Notes: generated from the sequence alone by a model not told the origin. 64,000 bases of DNA from an uncultured Actinomycetota bacterium (GCA_963778505.1 CAVZUH010000004.1:717607-781606), one strand, 5' to 3'; shown: positions 19,983-31,867, counted from the stretch's first letter. Numbers and translations are program-made.

Positions 19983-21527
19983 GCTACCCCTCGCTGCTCG
20001 CTCGACCCGGCCAGGAGCACCTTCGCCCCGGCGGCCAGCGCCACTACCGCTGCGATCCCGAGGAGCGTTGCGGCCAGGCCCATCTGGGAACCGAACCCTG
20101 GCGGCGGTGGATCGCAGAGGCCCTTGAGCGTGGTCCCTAGCCGCGCCTCGAGACCCGGCGTGGTGCCGGCCAGGTTCTGCAGTTGGAACGGGTCCGCGTC
20201 CAGATCGTAGAGCTCTCGTTCTCCCGTCTCGTACGACGCGAAGAGATACCGGGCCGTCCGCACGGCGCAGTACGTGGGGACCGGGTTGGTTCCCCGGAGA
20301 TGCTCGATCAGAACCGCGCGGCGCCACGCTTCCGACCGTCCCGCGAGCAGGGGGATCAGGCTGTTCCCATCGGCGTCGGGAAGGTCCACGCCGGCGGCGT
20401 CCGCGATCGTCGGCGCCAGGTCGATGTTGGCGACCACGTGGTCGTCCGTGCGGACCCCCGCTCCGACGACCGCATCGGCGCGCACGATCAACGGAACCCT
20501 GATCGCCTCCTCGTACGGCACCTCCTTCTTGATCCATCGATGCTCGCCCCACAGCAGCCCGTTGTCGGAGGTGTAGATCACGAGGGCGTCGTCCAGCCGT
20601 GCCGGTGTCCTCCATGGCGCCCAGCAAGCGGTCGACCGCCCGGTCGACCGCCTGCAGCGATCGGTACTGGTTCCGCCGCAAGGTGTCGACGTACTCGGTG
20701 CGGTCCGGCCCCACCCGTGGCAGCGACCCGGACATACCCTGGCTTGTCCGTGCGGTCCGCTTCGTTGAAGGAGGGAGGTCTCCACACGGGGAGGTCGCCG
20801 AAGCCCTCCCTCGTCGGCCGGCGACGGGATCGCGGGGGCGTGCGGCGCCGCCGGGGCGAAGATCGCGAACACCGGGCCTTCGCTCTCACGGATGAAGTCC
20901 TCGGTCTGATCGGCCAGGACGTCGGTCGAGTAGTCAGCGGCGTCGGAGCCGTACCGCTGCACGGTCCCGTCGATCGTGAGGCCGTAATCGAAGTACTCCG
21001 CGTGGACGAAGGCGACCCATCGGTCCCATCCCGGCGGCACGTACCCGGAGAGCGCATCGGATTGGTAGGAGTCGAGGTACTTCCCGAAGAATCCCGTCCG
21101 GTAGCCGGCATCGTCCAGCTTCGTGGCGATCGTGGTCGAGTCTTCGAACGACTTGAAGCCGCCGTAGAGACCACCCTGGCGATACACGCCCGTCGTGTGC
21201 GGGTACGCCCCGGTCAGGATCGATGCCCGGCTCGGACAGCAGAGCGAGCTCGTGGTGAACGCCTCGCGAGAAGTTCACTCCCTGTTCCACCAGCGATCCC
21301 TGCACCTCCGGCATCGCCCACAGCGTGTCCCATCGCTGGTCGTCGGTGACGATCAGCAGGATCGAGGGAGGGTCCGTCGGCTCATCCTGCGCCGCCGCCG
21401 ACGGCGCCAGGGATACCGAGAGGGCAAGGGCCGCCAGGCAGGCGGACGCAAGCCGACGTGCCTTCCTCCCGTCGGAGAACGGTTCAGAGACCGAGGAAGC
21501 GAACGGGGAAGCGCCGGCGCCCTGCAT
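19979..21527 (-). CDS. Cys-type sulfatase with signal peptide and C-terminal hydrophobic tail (at least 4 frame breaks)
   Basis: ILLIVTDDQRWD, then in a shifted frame SSLCCPSRASILTGAYPHTTGV, then ...WRPPSFNEADRTDKPGYV, ...LVIYTSDNG..., ending CDPPPPGFGSQMGLAATLLGIAAVVALAAG. Confidence 0.8.
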
Positions 21528-21651
21528 CGCGCGCGGAGCGTACCCTCTGGCGGTTCGCGGAGAGGAAACTGGGTGTCGTGTGACAACCGTTCCCGGCTCT
21601 CAGGCGTCCTACGATCGGTGACGGTCAACGATCCCGAGAAGGGAAGCGCGA

Positions 21652-22161
21652 TTGGACGAAGCCGAGATCCGCGGGTTCCTCGCGCGCGACTACCCGCGCC
21701 TGGTGAACGCCGTGGCCCTCGCGTCCGGGAGCTACCCCGCAGCGGAGGACGCGGTGCAGGAGGCACTGGTTCGAGCGTGGATGCGATCCGAACGAGGCGA
21801 GAGGGTGGAGTCGCTCCCGGCGTGGGTCGCCGCCGTAGCGCTCAACCAGACGCGGAGCGGGTGGCGCCGGGCGATGGCCGAGCGGCGGGCCAGACGACTA
21901 TCGCACGAGCGATCGGGTTCGGTCGCCTCGGCACACAACGAGGAGCACGTCGATGTGGCGAGGGCGCTCGAAGCGCTCCCCCGCCGGCAGCGCGAGGTTG
22001 CCGTCCTTCGGTACCTGCTGGAGATGAGCACCGCCGAGGTCGCGGCGGCGCTGGGGATCACACAAGGGACCGTGAAGAGCTCGCTCGCGCGGGCGAGGGC
22101 GCATCTCGTGGAGGCGCTCGGCGTGCATGAAGAGGTGACGAACGATGTCGAAGGTCGATGA
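21652..22161 (+). CDS. ECF-type RNA polymerase sigma factor
   Basis: Intact 169-aa ORF with region 2 (AEDAVQEALVRAW) and region 4 (LPRRQREVAVLRYLLEMSTAEVAAALGITQGTVKSSLARAR). Confidence 0.85.
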   Translation: MDEAEIRGFLARDYPRLVNAVALASGSYPAAEDAVQEALVRAWMRSERGERVESLPAWVAAVALNQTRSGWRRAMAERRARRLSHERSGSVASAHNEEHVDVARALEALPRRQREVAVLRYLLEMSTAEVAAALGITQGTVKSSLARARAHLVEALGVHEEVTNDVEGR

Positions 22162-23944
22162 CGAGCTGACGCGCCGGCTCCACGGTGCCGAGCGCCCGGT
22201 AGACGCCGACGGCCTGTTCGAGGGGCTCGAGCGCCGGCGCTCGCACCGCGAACGGCTCCGGAAGGTGCAGGCGGGGCTGTTGGCGTTCGCGGTGCTCGCC
22301 GCGACCGCGGGAGGTTTCGTTGCCCTCCGAGAGGTGTTCGGCGAGACCGCCCGCGACGTCGGCGAGTCACCCGTGCTTCCCGGGAACGGCGAGATCGTGT
22401 TCTCCGCCGAAGGGAAGGACGGGTACTCGCACCTCTATGCGATGCAGCCGGACGGATCCGGGCGACGACAGATCACCGACTTCGGCACGCACGACACCGA
22501 CCCCGCCGTCTCACCGGACGGCGGGACGATCGCCTTCGTCCATCGATTCGAGGACGCGAGCCCCGCGATCGCGACGATCCCCATCGAGGGCGGCACCGTC
22601 GCCTGGCTCACCGATCCGGCGTTGGCCAGCTCCGACCCGGCATGGTCCCCGGACGGCTCCGAGATCGCGTTCGTCGTCGATTCCACGACCCTCTACGTCG
22701 CGTCCTCGACCGGTCGTAACGCACAACCTGTCGTCACGGACATCGAGTCCGAGATCGCCGACCCGTCCTGGTCTCCCGATGGTTCGCGGATCGTCTTCGT
22801 GGCTCGGGGTGCGGGGATGGCGCCCGGAACGCCGTGGTCCCTCGTCTCGGTTCGACGAGATGGGACCCTCCTCGAGCCGGTAGAGCGCTCACCTGGAGAA
22901 GAGCGATCACCCGTCTGGTCGCCGGACGGATCGCTCATCGCCTTCATCCGCCCGTACGGACAAGGCGACGGCGTCTGGGCCATCCCGGACAGAGGTGGGG
23001 AACCGTCGCTCCTCGCCTCGACAACTCACCTGGACGCCGACCTCGCGTGGACTTCGGACGGCTCTGCTCTCCTCGTGTCCGACGGCGCTTCGATCTACGC
23101 GCTGGCCTCGACCCCGTCGGGCACCCCCTCCGCGAACGTCAGCCGGATCGGCAGTGGCACGATGCCCACGTGGCGGCCCCTCCCCACCGGCCTCACCAGC
23201 TCACCGCTTCCCACCCCTCCTCCCCAACCCAGCCCATCTCACAGCTCCGATCTCGGCATCGTGGAGGTGGGTCTGAACTTCCAACTCTGCGACGCGGCCC
23301 GGCTCGACGGGATCGACTGGTTCGGCGACGGGACCCGTGGCGTCGCGTGGACGGGCGCGCGCATGACGCCCGAGGGTCGATGCCCCGAGGACATGTCGGC
23401 ATCCGTCGTGGCCGCGGACCTCCACGGGGACGGTATCGCCGACACATGGTCCTCGATCGAGCACTGCGTGCACTGCGTACCGTGGGGGACGACCGACCTC
23501 GACGCGAACGGGGCTCAAGAGCTGGTCGTGCTGCTCCAGGGAGGCACGACACCGCAATACGGCTTCTATTTCGCGGTGCCCGAAGGCCTTCCTCGATCGA
23601 GCGGGATCCACTCGATCTCCGTTGCCCCTCCTGGAGCTCCGGATGCGGGATTCCCCGGGAATCGGCCGCTGACGATCTGGGCGGGCGGCGACGAAGGCTT
23701 CTCGTACGCGATCCGATGCGAGGCCGCTCCCGATGGGCCCCGGGTGCTGGTCGTGGCCAGCTCGCACCAACCCGTTGACACCAACACGTTGGAGATCCAC
23801 GTGACACGACTCGAACTGCGGACCTCACCCGATCTGGTGGACTCTGCGTTTCAGGTATTGGACACCGCCTCTCCGGCTGAGTCGAGCGAAGACTTCGGCG
23901 GCGATGCGAAGGCGTGCGGGGTCGACTTCAATCCCTGGGCCTAG
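22145..23944 (+). CDS. single-pass membrane protein with TolB-like PD40 beta-propeller and C-terminal FG-GAP-like domain; putative anti-sigma/sensor partner
   Basis: Intact 599-aa ORF that overlaps the sigma gene by 17 nt. Short charged N-terminus, TM (LLAFAVLAATAGGFVAL), repeated SPDG(S/G)xIAF motifs, and DLHGDGIAD...DLDANGAQE near the C-terminus. Confidence 0.8.
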   Translation: MSKVDDELTRRLHGAERPVDADGLFEGLERRRSHRERLRKVQAGLLAFAVLAATAGGFVALREVFGETARDVGESPVLPGNGEIVFSAEGKDGYSHLYAMQPDGSGRRQITDFGTHDTDPAVSPDGGTIAFVHRFEDASPAIATIPIEGGTVAWLTDPALASSDPAWSPDGSEIAFVVDSTTLYVASSTGRNAQPVVTDIESEIADPSWSPDGSRIVFVARGAGMAPGTPWSLVSVRRDGTLLEPVERSPGEERSPVWSPDGSLIAFIRPYGQGDGVWAIPDRGGEPSLLASTTHLDADLAWTSDGSALLVSDGASIYALASTPSGTPSANVSRIGSGTMPTWRPLPTGLTSSPLPTPPPQPSPSHSSDLGIVEVGLNFQLCDAARLDGIDWFGDGTRGVAWTGARMTPEGRCPEDMSASVVAADLHGDGIADTWSSIEHCVHCVPWGTTDLDANGAQELVVLLQGGTTPQYGFYFAVPEGLPRSSGIHSISVAPPGAPDAGFPGNRPLTIWAGGDEGFSYAIRCEAAPDGPRVLVVASSHQPVDTNTLEIHVTRLELRTSPDLVDSAFQVLDTASPAESSEDFGGDAKACGVDFNPWA

Positions 23945-25059
23945 CCGGTCAGGCCGAGGACGAGCTCGTTCAGCAGCAGCATGCCGCGCTCGGTCGGGAC
24001 CAGGTTGCCGTCGTCGTCGAGCAGGAGGCCGCTCTCCAGGTACGGGTCCGCGCGGCCGTCCTCGATCCAGCTCGCAGGGATGCCCTGGAGGATCCGGAGC
24101 CGCAGGAACACCTCCTCGAGGTAGGCGTCGGCGGGTTCGAGCTCCTCGGAGCCGCCGACGGGCAGCTCGCCGCGTTCGACCATCGACAGGTACTCCTCGG
24201 GCGGCCGGACGTTCCACCATCGCCGGCCGTCCCGGTACCCGTGCGCACCCGCGCCAAGGCCGACATACGGCCGGCGCTCCCAGTACCCGAGGTTGTGGCG
24301 GCACTCGTATCCGGGCTTGCGCCCAGTTCGAGATCTCGTAGTGGCCGTAGCCCGCGTCGCCGAGCAGACCGCAGGCCGCTTCGAACATGTCGGCCTGGAC
24401 GTCGGGATCGGGCGCCGGGACGTCCGGCCTCGTGCCACCTGACGGCCGAGCGCTGTCGCCGGCTCGATCGTGAGTGCGTACGCGCTCACGTGCTCCGGCG
24501 ACAGCGTGATCGCCTCCCTGAGGGTTCGTTCCCAGGACTCCACGCTCTCCCCGGCCGCGCCGTAGATCAGGTCGAGGCTCACGTTCTCGAATCCGGCCGC
24601 TCGGGCCGCGGAAGCGCTCGGCGCACCGACTTCCGGCTGATGCACGCGCTCGAGCGCCGCCAGCACCGAACGATCGAACGACTGCGCGCCTATCGAGAGC
24701 CGCCCGTAGCCGGCCTCGCGCAGCCCGGTGAGCCTCTGCTCGTCCACCGTGTCGGGATTCGCCTCGATCGTGACCTCCGCGTCGAACGTCACGGCGAACG
24801 ACGACCGTAGTCGCGCGAGCAACGCCTTCAGATCCGCCACCTCCAACGTGGTCGGAGTGCCCCCGCCGAGGAACACGCTCACGATCTCCTCGCCCTCCCA
24901 CGCGGGCGCGGCGAGCTCGGCCTCCCGCAGCAACGCCGACACGTACCGAGAGGCCAGATGATCGAGCCCGGCGTACGCGTTGAAGTCGCAGTAGCCGCAG
25001 CGGGTCAGGCAGAACGGCACGTGGACGTAGATGCCGGCCGCGTCCACGTGGGCGTTCAC
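23941..25059 (-). CDS. hemW: radical SAM heme chaperone HemW (two compensating frame breaks near 24425 and 24320)
   Basis: [29 protein letters not shown] (CxxxCxxC)...GGGTPT... The middle 35 aa are readable only in the frame of ORF 23825..25084 ([29 protein letters not shown]). The GTG start overlaps the lepA stop. Confidence 0.85.
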   Translation of the reverse strand: MNAHVDAAGIYVHVPFCLTRCGYCDFNAYAGLDHLASRYVSALLREAELAAPAWEGEEIVSVFLGGGTPTTLEVADLKALLARLRSSFAVTFDAEVTIEANPDTVDEQRLTGLREAGYGRLSIGAQSFDRSVLAALERVHQPEVGAPSASAARAAGFENVSLDLIYGAAGESVESWERTLREAITLSPEHVSAYALTIEPATALGRQVARGRTSRRPIPTSRPTCSKRPAVCSATRATATTRSRTGRKPGYECRHNLGYWERRPYVGLGAGAHGYRDGRRWWNVRPPEEYLSMVERGELPVGGSEELEPADAYLEEVFLRLRILQGIPASWIEDGRADPYLESGLLLDDDGNLVPTERGMLLLNELVLGLTG

Positions 25060-26890
25060 TTCTTCTTCGCCCCTCCGTCCGCACGCAACGCCGCGATGAA
25101 CGCGTCCTGCGGCACGTCCACCCGACCGACCTTGCGCAGCCGCGCCTTCCCCTTCTTCTGTGTCTCCAGCAGCTTGCGCTTGCGCGTGATGTCGCCGCCG
25201 TAGCACTTCGCCAGCACGTCCTTGCGCTTCGCCTTCACGGTCTCGCGCGCGATGATCTTCGAGCCGATCGCCGCCTGGATCGCGACGTCGAACATCTGCC
25301 GCGGGATCAGCTCGCGGAGCCGCTCCGTCATCTGCTTCCCGTACGCGTAGGCCTTCGAACGGTGCACGATCGTGCTGAACGCGTCGACCGGCTCGCCGTG
25401 CAGCAGGACGTCCACGCGGACCACGTCGGACTCCTGATAGCCCCAGGGCTCGTAGTCGAGGGATGCGTACCCGCGCGTGTTGGACTTCAGCTGGTCGAAG
25501 AAGTCGAACACGATCTCGGCGAGCGGGCAGCATGTAGTGCACCTCGGCCCGCTCCGGCGTGAGGAACGTCGTGTCCACCAGCTCGCCCCGTCGCGACTGG
25601 CAGAGGTCGAGCACCGCACCGAGGTACTCCCTTCGGCGTGATCACCGTGGCGAACACGATGGGCTCCTCGACCCGGTCGTAGGTCCCTGGCACGGGCATC
25701 TCCGCCGGGTTGTGGACGACGATCGTCTCATCTCCACGGATCACGTGGAACTCGACGTTGGGCGCGGTCGCGATGAGCTCCAGGTCGAACTCGCGCTCGA
25801 GTCGCTCCTTCACGATGTCCATGTGGAGCAGACCGAGGAACCCGACCCGGAATCCGAACCCGAGCGCCGGTCGAGGTCTCGGGCTCGTAGCTGAGCGCCG
25901 AGTCGGAGAGCTTCAGGCGGTCGAGCGCCTCGCGGAGCTCCGAGTAGTCGCCGCCCTCGTTCGGGGAACAGACCCGACCACACCATCGGCTTGGGCTCTC
26001 GGTACCCCGGCAGCGGCTCGCGCGCGGCGTGCTTACCGGCGATCGTGATCGTGTCGCCGACCTTCGCCTGGTGGACGTCTTTCAGTCCGGTGACGACGTA
26101 GCCGACCTCGCCCGGGCCGAGCGCATCGACCGGGAGCGGCTCCGGAGCCATGACGCCTGCCTCCTCGGCCTCGGACTCGACGCCGGTCGCCATCAGACGG
26201 ATCTTCGCGAGCCGGCTCGGCAGCTCGCCGTCCTTCACGCGGACGTAGGCGATCACGCCCCGGTACGGGTCGAACATCGAGTCGAAGACGAGGGCTCGCA
26301 GCGGCGCTCCCGGATCGCCGACGGGCGCGGGTACGTGCTCGATCACCGCCTTCAAGAGGTCCTCGACCCCGTCGCCGGTCTTCGCGGAGATCCGGAGGAT
26401 GTCGTCGGGATCGCGGTCGAGGAGATCCGCCAGCTCCTTCGCCCGCTGGTCCGGCTCGGCCGCCGGCAGGTCGATCTTGTTCAGCGCCGGCACGATCGTG
26501 AGGCCAGCGTCCCGCGCCAGGTGGAAGTTCGCGAGCGTCTGCGCCTCGAGTCCCTGCGCGGCATCCACGAGGAGGATGGCGCCCTCGCACGCCTCGAGCG
26601 AGCGCGAGACCTCGTAGGTGAAGTCGACGTGCCCGGGCGTGTCGATCAGGTTCAGCTCGTAGCCGTCGTGGTTGAGCCGGACCGCCTGCGCCTTGATGGT
26701 GATGCCCGCGCTCCCGCTCCAGGTCCATGCGATCCAGGTACTGGGCGCGCATGTCGCGGTCCGCCACGGCGTGGGTGAGCTCCAGCAGCCGATCGGCCAG
26801 CGTCGACTTGCCATGGTCGATGTGCGCCACGATGCAGAAGTTCCGGATATGGGAGATGTCCACGAGACCTCCATGCTGAGGCCTGCTCAT
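25056..26890 (-). CDS. lepA: elongation factor 4 (LepA), 5 frame breaks
   Basis: [22 protein letters not shown]...ERERG / [10 protein letters not shown]...DTPGHVDF... / ...[17 protein letters not shown]... / [19 protein letters not shown]... / ...[20 protein letters not shown], spread over several frames. Confidence 0.9.
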
Positions 26891-26954
26891 GCGTACGGGC
26901 CGGCCGAGCGAGGGCCGGGTCGACAAGAACCCGCTGGTAGACTGCCGCGCTTCC

Positions 26955-27226
26955 ATGGCGAACATCAAGTCTCAGATCAAGCGCAACCGCCAGAACGAGA
27001 AGCGCGGCGAGCGGAACAAGACCGTCCGGACGGCCCTCAAGACGTCTACGAAGAAGGTCAGGATGGCCGTCGACAGCAGGCGATGCCGACGAGGCGACGA
27101 CCCGGCAGCGCGAGGCCTCGCGCGCACTCGACAAGGCGGTCGCCAAGGGCATCGTGCACAAGCGGACGGCCGCCCGGCGCAAGAGCCGGCTGGCGAAGGC
27201 CGCGAGCTCCGTCGGCGTCCGAGTAG
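26955..27226 (+). CDS. rpsT: 30S ribosomal protein S20 (one or two frame breaks; 3-prime end approximate)
   Basis: [36 protein letters not shown]... then, in a shifted frame, ...[27 protein letters not shown]. Confidence 0.8.
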
Positions 27227-27295
27227 CAGCGCTCGCCCTCGCACACGTCCCTACACTCTCGGTCGCGATGGCGCGGCATCCGCTCGAACCGATCG

Positions 27296-27979
27296 ATGGA
27301 GCCGTACTACGAGCGCCGGTCGGCCGAGTACGACGACTGGTACCTGGGCGCCGGGCTCTTCGCCGACCGGGATCGTCCCGGGTGGGAGGAGGAGCTCGCG
27401 AGCCGTCGAGGATCGTGGTCTCCTCGCTCCCGCCGCACCCGGACCTTGGACGTCGCCTGCGGAACCGGCTTCATCACGAGGAACCTTCGAGGCCGGGTCG
27501 TCGCGATGGACTCGAGCGCCGGGATGCTCGCAGAGTCACGCGCCAGGCACGATCACCCGCTCGTCCGGGCGGATGCGTTCGCGCTGCCGTTCCGGAGCGG
27601 CAGCTTCGACCGCGTCTTCACCGGTCACTTCTACGGTCATCTGGATCCGGAGCAGCGAGCCCGGTTCCTGGTCGAGAGCCATCGGGTCGCACCGACGCTC
27701 GTCGTCCTCGATGCGGCACTCCGTGATGATGTCGAGTCCGAGCAGATCCAGGAACGGGTCTTGAAGGACGGGTCGTCGCATCGCGTCTTCAAGCGGTACT
27801 TCACCGCGTCACAGCTCGCGAGCGAGCTCGGAGGCGGCCGCCCGCTGTTCGACGGCCGATGGTTCGTGGTGGTCGGTCTTGCGCGTTCTTGGGCGCTAGC
27901 CGGCGATCGCGGTCACCAGGGTCGGCATCACGACGTCGCCGATGGCGCCCGACTTCAAGCGCGCGATCGGCCTCCGTGA
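27296..27979 (+). CDS. class I SAM-dependent methyltransferase (3-prime end uncertain)
   Basis: 227-aa ORF with motif [10 protein letters not shown] and ...[11 protein letters not shown]. The tail overlaps the convergent holA end, so the true stop may be near 27899. Confidence 0.75.
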   Translation: MEPYYERRSAEYDDWYLGAGLFADRDRPGWEEELASRRGSWSPRSRRTRTLDVACGTGFITRNLRGRVVAMDSSAGMLAESRARHDHPLVRADAFALPFRSGSFDRVFTGHFYGHLDPEQRARFLVESHRVAPTLVVLDAALRDDVESEQIQERVLKDGSSHRVFKRYFTASQLASELGGGRPLFDGRWFVVVGLARSWALAGDRGHQGRHHDVADGARLQARDRPP

Positions 27980-28839
27980 TGCGGTCGTGGAGCGACACCA
28001 GCTGCGCCATCGAGAAGTTCTTCGCCTGCTGCTGGTAGCGGCGAGCCTGCCAGTCGAACCGCAGACCCGCTTCCTTCGCCACCTGGGCCGGAGGCATCCG
28101 CTCCGGGAGGGAGCGCACCTTCAGCAGATCACGGAGACGCGCGGCGATGCCCGCCGAGGACCATCAGGGCTTCGTCACCGCCCTCCTCGATCGACCGGAG
28201 AGAGCGGATCGCGCCGGGGAGGTCCTTCCCGAACGCCCGGTCGCACAGGTCCCACGTCTTCTGCTCGCCGAGACCCGCGGAACTGCTGGGCGACCTCACG
28301 AGGTCCGACGCGCTGGCCGGCGAACGCGTCCTGGAGCTGTTCGAGCGCCGCGACCAGCTGACCGGGCTCGGGGCCGAGTGTCTCGACGAGCGCGCGGGCG
28401 CCCGGGGATCGCCAGGTCGAGCTCGCGCTGCCTTGGCCCGTGCCACGAGCCACGGCTCCAGCTCCCTGCGGGCGATGTCGACCTTGCGGACCTCACCGAC
28501 CGGCTCCACGAGCTTCTGGAGCCCCGCGGGGACCTTCCCGCGCTCGGCGACGACGCAGGAGAGGACGAGCGTGGCGTCGGGGTCGGGAGCGTCGAGGTAT
28601 CGGGCGATCTCCTCGAGGGTCTCCTTCCGGAGCGACTTGGCGTCGTTCACCAGGAGACGCCCGAGGCTCACCGAAGAGCGACGGCGTCGCGAGACCCTGG
28701 AGCTCGCTCGCCCTCCCACTGCGGCGGCGTCGACCTCGGTCGCCTTGGTGTCGCCGAGGATCGCGAGCGCCGCTTCGCGCAGGAGGAAATCGTCCTCGCC
28801 CCAGAGGAGCGTCACAGGAGGAGCCGTCTTCACCGCCAT
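27896..28839 (-). CDS. holA: DNA polymerase III subunit delta (at least 4 frame breaks)
   Basis: MAVKTAPPVTLLWGEDDFLLREAALAILG...LLVNDAKSLRKETLEEIARYLDAP...[53 protein letters not shown], assembled from several frames. Confidence 0.75.
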
Positions 28840-31249
28840 CGCTCGGACTCTACCGTCGGCGTCGAGACCCGCGAAGCTGACGGTGATCGTGCCGTGTCGG
28901 TCCGTGCGCCACACCTGGGCCCCGGATGCCGCGAGCGCATCGAGGGTGAACGCCGTGGGATGCCCGTAGTCGTTGTCCCCGACCGAGACGACGGCCACCT
29001 CCGCCTCGACGGCCTCGAAGAACTCCGGCACGGAGGTCGCCGCGCCGTGGTGCGGCACCTTGAGGACGTCGGCGTCGCAGGTCGCACCCTCGACTCGAGC
29101 AGCCACTCCTGGGCCGGCTCCTCAGGCTCTGTCGCGATCAGCACGACGTGTTCCTCGTACGTCGCACGGATCACGATCGCATCGTTGTTGGAGTCGGACT
29201 CGGTGCCGGTCCAGCACCGGTCGGGTGACAGCACGTCGAGTCGGAGGAGCGCCGAGCCAGAACGTGTCGCCCGCTCGTGGGTTCCGGACCTCGCACCGTC
29301 CTCGTCGGCGATGGCGCGGTCCAGATCTGCCTGCAGAGGTGAGGGTTCTCGTCCTCGCAACCGGGCTGGAGGAGGAGTCCCACCGGCAGACGCGCGCCAG
29401 CACCGACGGAAGCCCGACGATGTGGTCGGCGTGCGGATGGCTCGCCACGACGATGTCCAGTCGTTTGATCCCGAGGGCGGAGATCTCGGTGGCGACCTGA
29501 TCGCGCTCCGGTCCGCCGTCGACGAGGACCGTGGCGCCCTCCGGCGTGGTGAGCAGGGCGGCGTCGCCCTGTCCGACGTCGAAGAACCGGACCGTGAAGA
29601 CCGCCGGGCGGACCGCTGCCGAGCGCGGAGGCCCACACGAAAACGGGGAGGACACGCGACCGCGATCGCGGTCGCGATCCGAGGTGGCTTCCAGCCCGTG
29701 CGGATCCAGACGATCGATCGCCGCGACGACCGCGGTGCCCCCGATGAGGACCAGCGGTCCGCCCTCGGACGTCAAGTAGCCGACCGGAGCCTTGCCGAGA
29801 TGGTCCGCGACGAGCTCCAAGCCAGCGCATAGGCAGGAGCGCGACGGCTGCCACGATGCCTCCCGAGCGGGAACCAGACGAGGCCGGTCCCGGCAGCCAC
29901 GGCGCCGAGTAGGAGCGAAGGCGCCACCAGCGGGAAAGCCGCGAGGTTCGCCGGCAGCGTCACGAGAGGAACCTCGTGGAAGTGGTACAGCAGGATCGGC
30001 GTGACTCCGAGCTGCGCCGAGATGGTCGCGCCGGCCGCCGTCGCCACCGGGCTCGGCAGGAACCGTCCGAACCGATCGGCGAGCGGCGAGGCGAGCGCCA
30101 CCATGCCCGGCGGTCGCGGTGACGCTCAGCTGGAACCCCACAGACCACACGAGCCACGGATCGAGAACGAGCAGGCAGAACACGGCGGCGGAGAGGATCG
30201 ACGCCGTGGTGCGAGGCCTGCCCGGCGAGCACGCCGACGAGCGCGATGCATGCCATCACACCCGCGCGGAGCACGGATGGCTCGGCCCCGGTGAGGATCG
30301 TGAAGAACGCCACCGCGCCGAAGCCGACCGCGAACTTCGGCCACCGGGAGAGTCGGAGCAGCGCGGTCGCCGCCAAAACCGGGTGCGAGCACCATCGCCA
30401 CGTTCCCGCCCGAGACGACGAGGAGGTGACTGAGACCGGCGGCGCGGAAGTCGCGTTCGAGGCCGGGATCGAGCCGGGAGTCGTCGCCTAGGAGCAGGCC
30501 GAGGAGCAGGCCGGCCTCCTTCGGAGGGAACACGCCCTCGATCGAGCGACCTACGATGTTGCGAGCGCCCTGCGTCGCCCGGACGAACGCGCTCGGCGAG
30601 GAGCCGACCCGCGTGAACGTCTGCAGCTGGAGCTGAGCCGGGATCCCCTTGTGCCGGAGCGCTTCGGCGAACCTCTCGTCGTCGGGCACTCGGAGCACGC
30701 CCTCGAGCCGGACGAGGTCGCCGCGACGGGCACGTGGCACGTCCTCACTTCCGCTGATCCACACCGACGAGCGAAGGGTCGCGGCACCGTCCGGCCACTC
30801 CACTCGGCTCACCTGCGCCGTCGCGGACCAGCCGCACGGTGGTCCGCCGGGGATCGGTCTTGAGCGTCCCCTCGAGAGCCACACGCTCGGGGGCGAGGGT
30901 CGCGAGGAGCGCGCCGTCGAGACCACGGTGGTGGAACCCGCTCCAGCCGGTTCCGAGGGCGAACACACCGACCGTCGAGAGCAAAGCCGCGACCACAGGA
31001 GCGACGGCCGGGGTGACCCTTCCGCCCGCGACGGCCTCGACGGAGGCGTGGTCGGGAGGCAGGAGGTTCGCGCGCGCCAGCGGCCCGGGGCCGCGACGCT
31101 CGTGCCCCGCCACGAGCCATCCGGCGCCGAGCGCGATGACCCCGATGACGAACGCCATCCACGGCTCGACCCACCTCGGCAACGAGTTCCAGCCGAGAAG
31201 TCCCGAGAGAGAACGCAGCCGCCGCGGACGGCAGCACCCACGCGCCCAC
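28830..31249 (-). CDS. comEC: competence protein ComEC/Rec2 (DNA internalisation channel plus metallo-beta-lactamase domain), at least 8 frame breaks
   Basis: Fragments in three frames: membrane N-terminus, ...GLLLGLLLGDDSRLDPGLERDFRAAGLSHLLVVSGGNVAMV..., FFDVGQGDAALL...ASHPHADHIVGL..., KVPHHGAATS...DNDYGHP. The stop overlaps the holA ATG. Confidence 0.8.
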
Positions 31250-31258
31250 CGGCGCGCC

Positions 31259-31867
31259 CTACACCGTGACCTGGTCGCGGATCTCGTCGAGGGTCGCCGG
31301 GCCGATCCCGCTCACGTCCATCAGTTCCTCGACCGAGGCGAACGGCCCGTTCTCTGTCCGGTACTCGACGATCGTGGCGGCGAGCACCTCGCCGATACCC
31401 GACAGCGTCTCCAGCTCTGTCTCCGAGGCCGAGTTGATGTTGATGAGGCCGCTCGTCGAACCGGGCGTCGAGCCGCCCGGCACGCCCGCTCCCCCTTGCC
31501 CGGCCTTCGGCACAAGGATCTGGGTTCCGTCCGCGAGCGGAGCCGCGAGGTTCAGGAGGCTCAGGTCCGCCTTCACGAGCGATCCGCCCGCGCGCTCGAT
31601 CGCATCGATCACGCGATCTCCTTCAGCGAACTCGTACACGCCCGGTTGGCGGACAGCGCCCGCGACGTCCACGATCAGCGTCACCGACGGGCTCGGAGAC
31701 GACGAGACTTGCTGGGCGGCGCCGGGCCCCGCCTCGGCGATCGTCACCGGCTTGGGCAGCGAGCGGGCGTACCAGAGCCCGGCGCCGCCCAGCACCGCCA
31801 CCAGGACGACGATCAGCCCGGCGATCTCCCCGCGCGAGAGCATGTCCAGGCGTTCCCGGAACGACAT
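31259..31867 (-). CDS. comEA: competence protein ComEA (SLBB plus helix-hairpin-helix DNA binding)
   Basis: Intact 202-aa ORF: TM, VDVAGAVRQPGVYEF, and C-terminal ININSASETELETLSGIGEVLAATIVEYR. Confidence 0.85.
   Translation of the reverse strand: MSFRERLDMLSRGEIAGLIVVLVAVLGGAGLWYARSLPKPVTIAEAGPGAAQQVSSSPSPSVTLIVDVAGAVRQPGVYEFAEGDRVIDAIERAGGSLVKADLSLLNLAAPLADGTQILVPKAGQGGAGVPGGSTPGSTSGLININSASETELETLSGIGEVLAATIVEYRTENGPFASVEELMDVSGIGPATLDEIRDQVTV

Noticed and set aside
21564-21591. ECF-type promoter GGAAAC-N18-CGTT upstream of the sigma gene at 21652
   Set aside because: The -35 element has an extra A and the spacer is longer than the usual 16-17 nt. It is plausible given the indel noise, but not supportable from the sequence alone.
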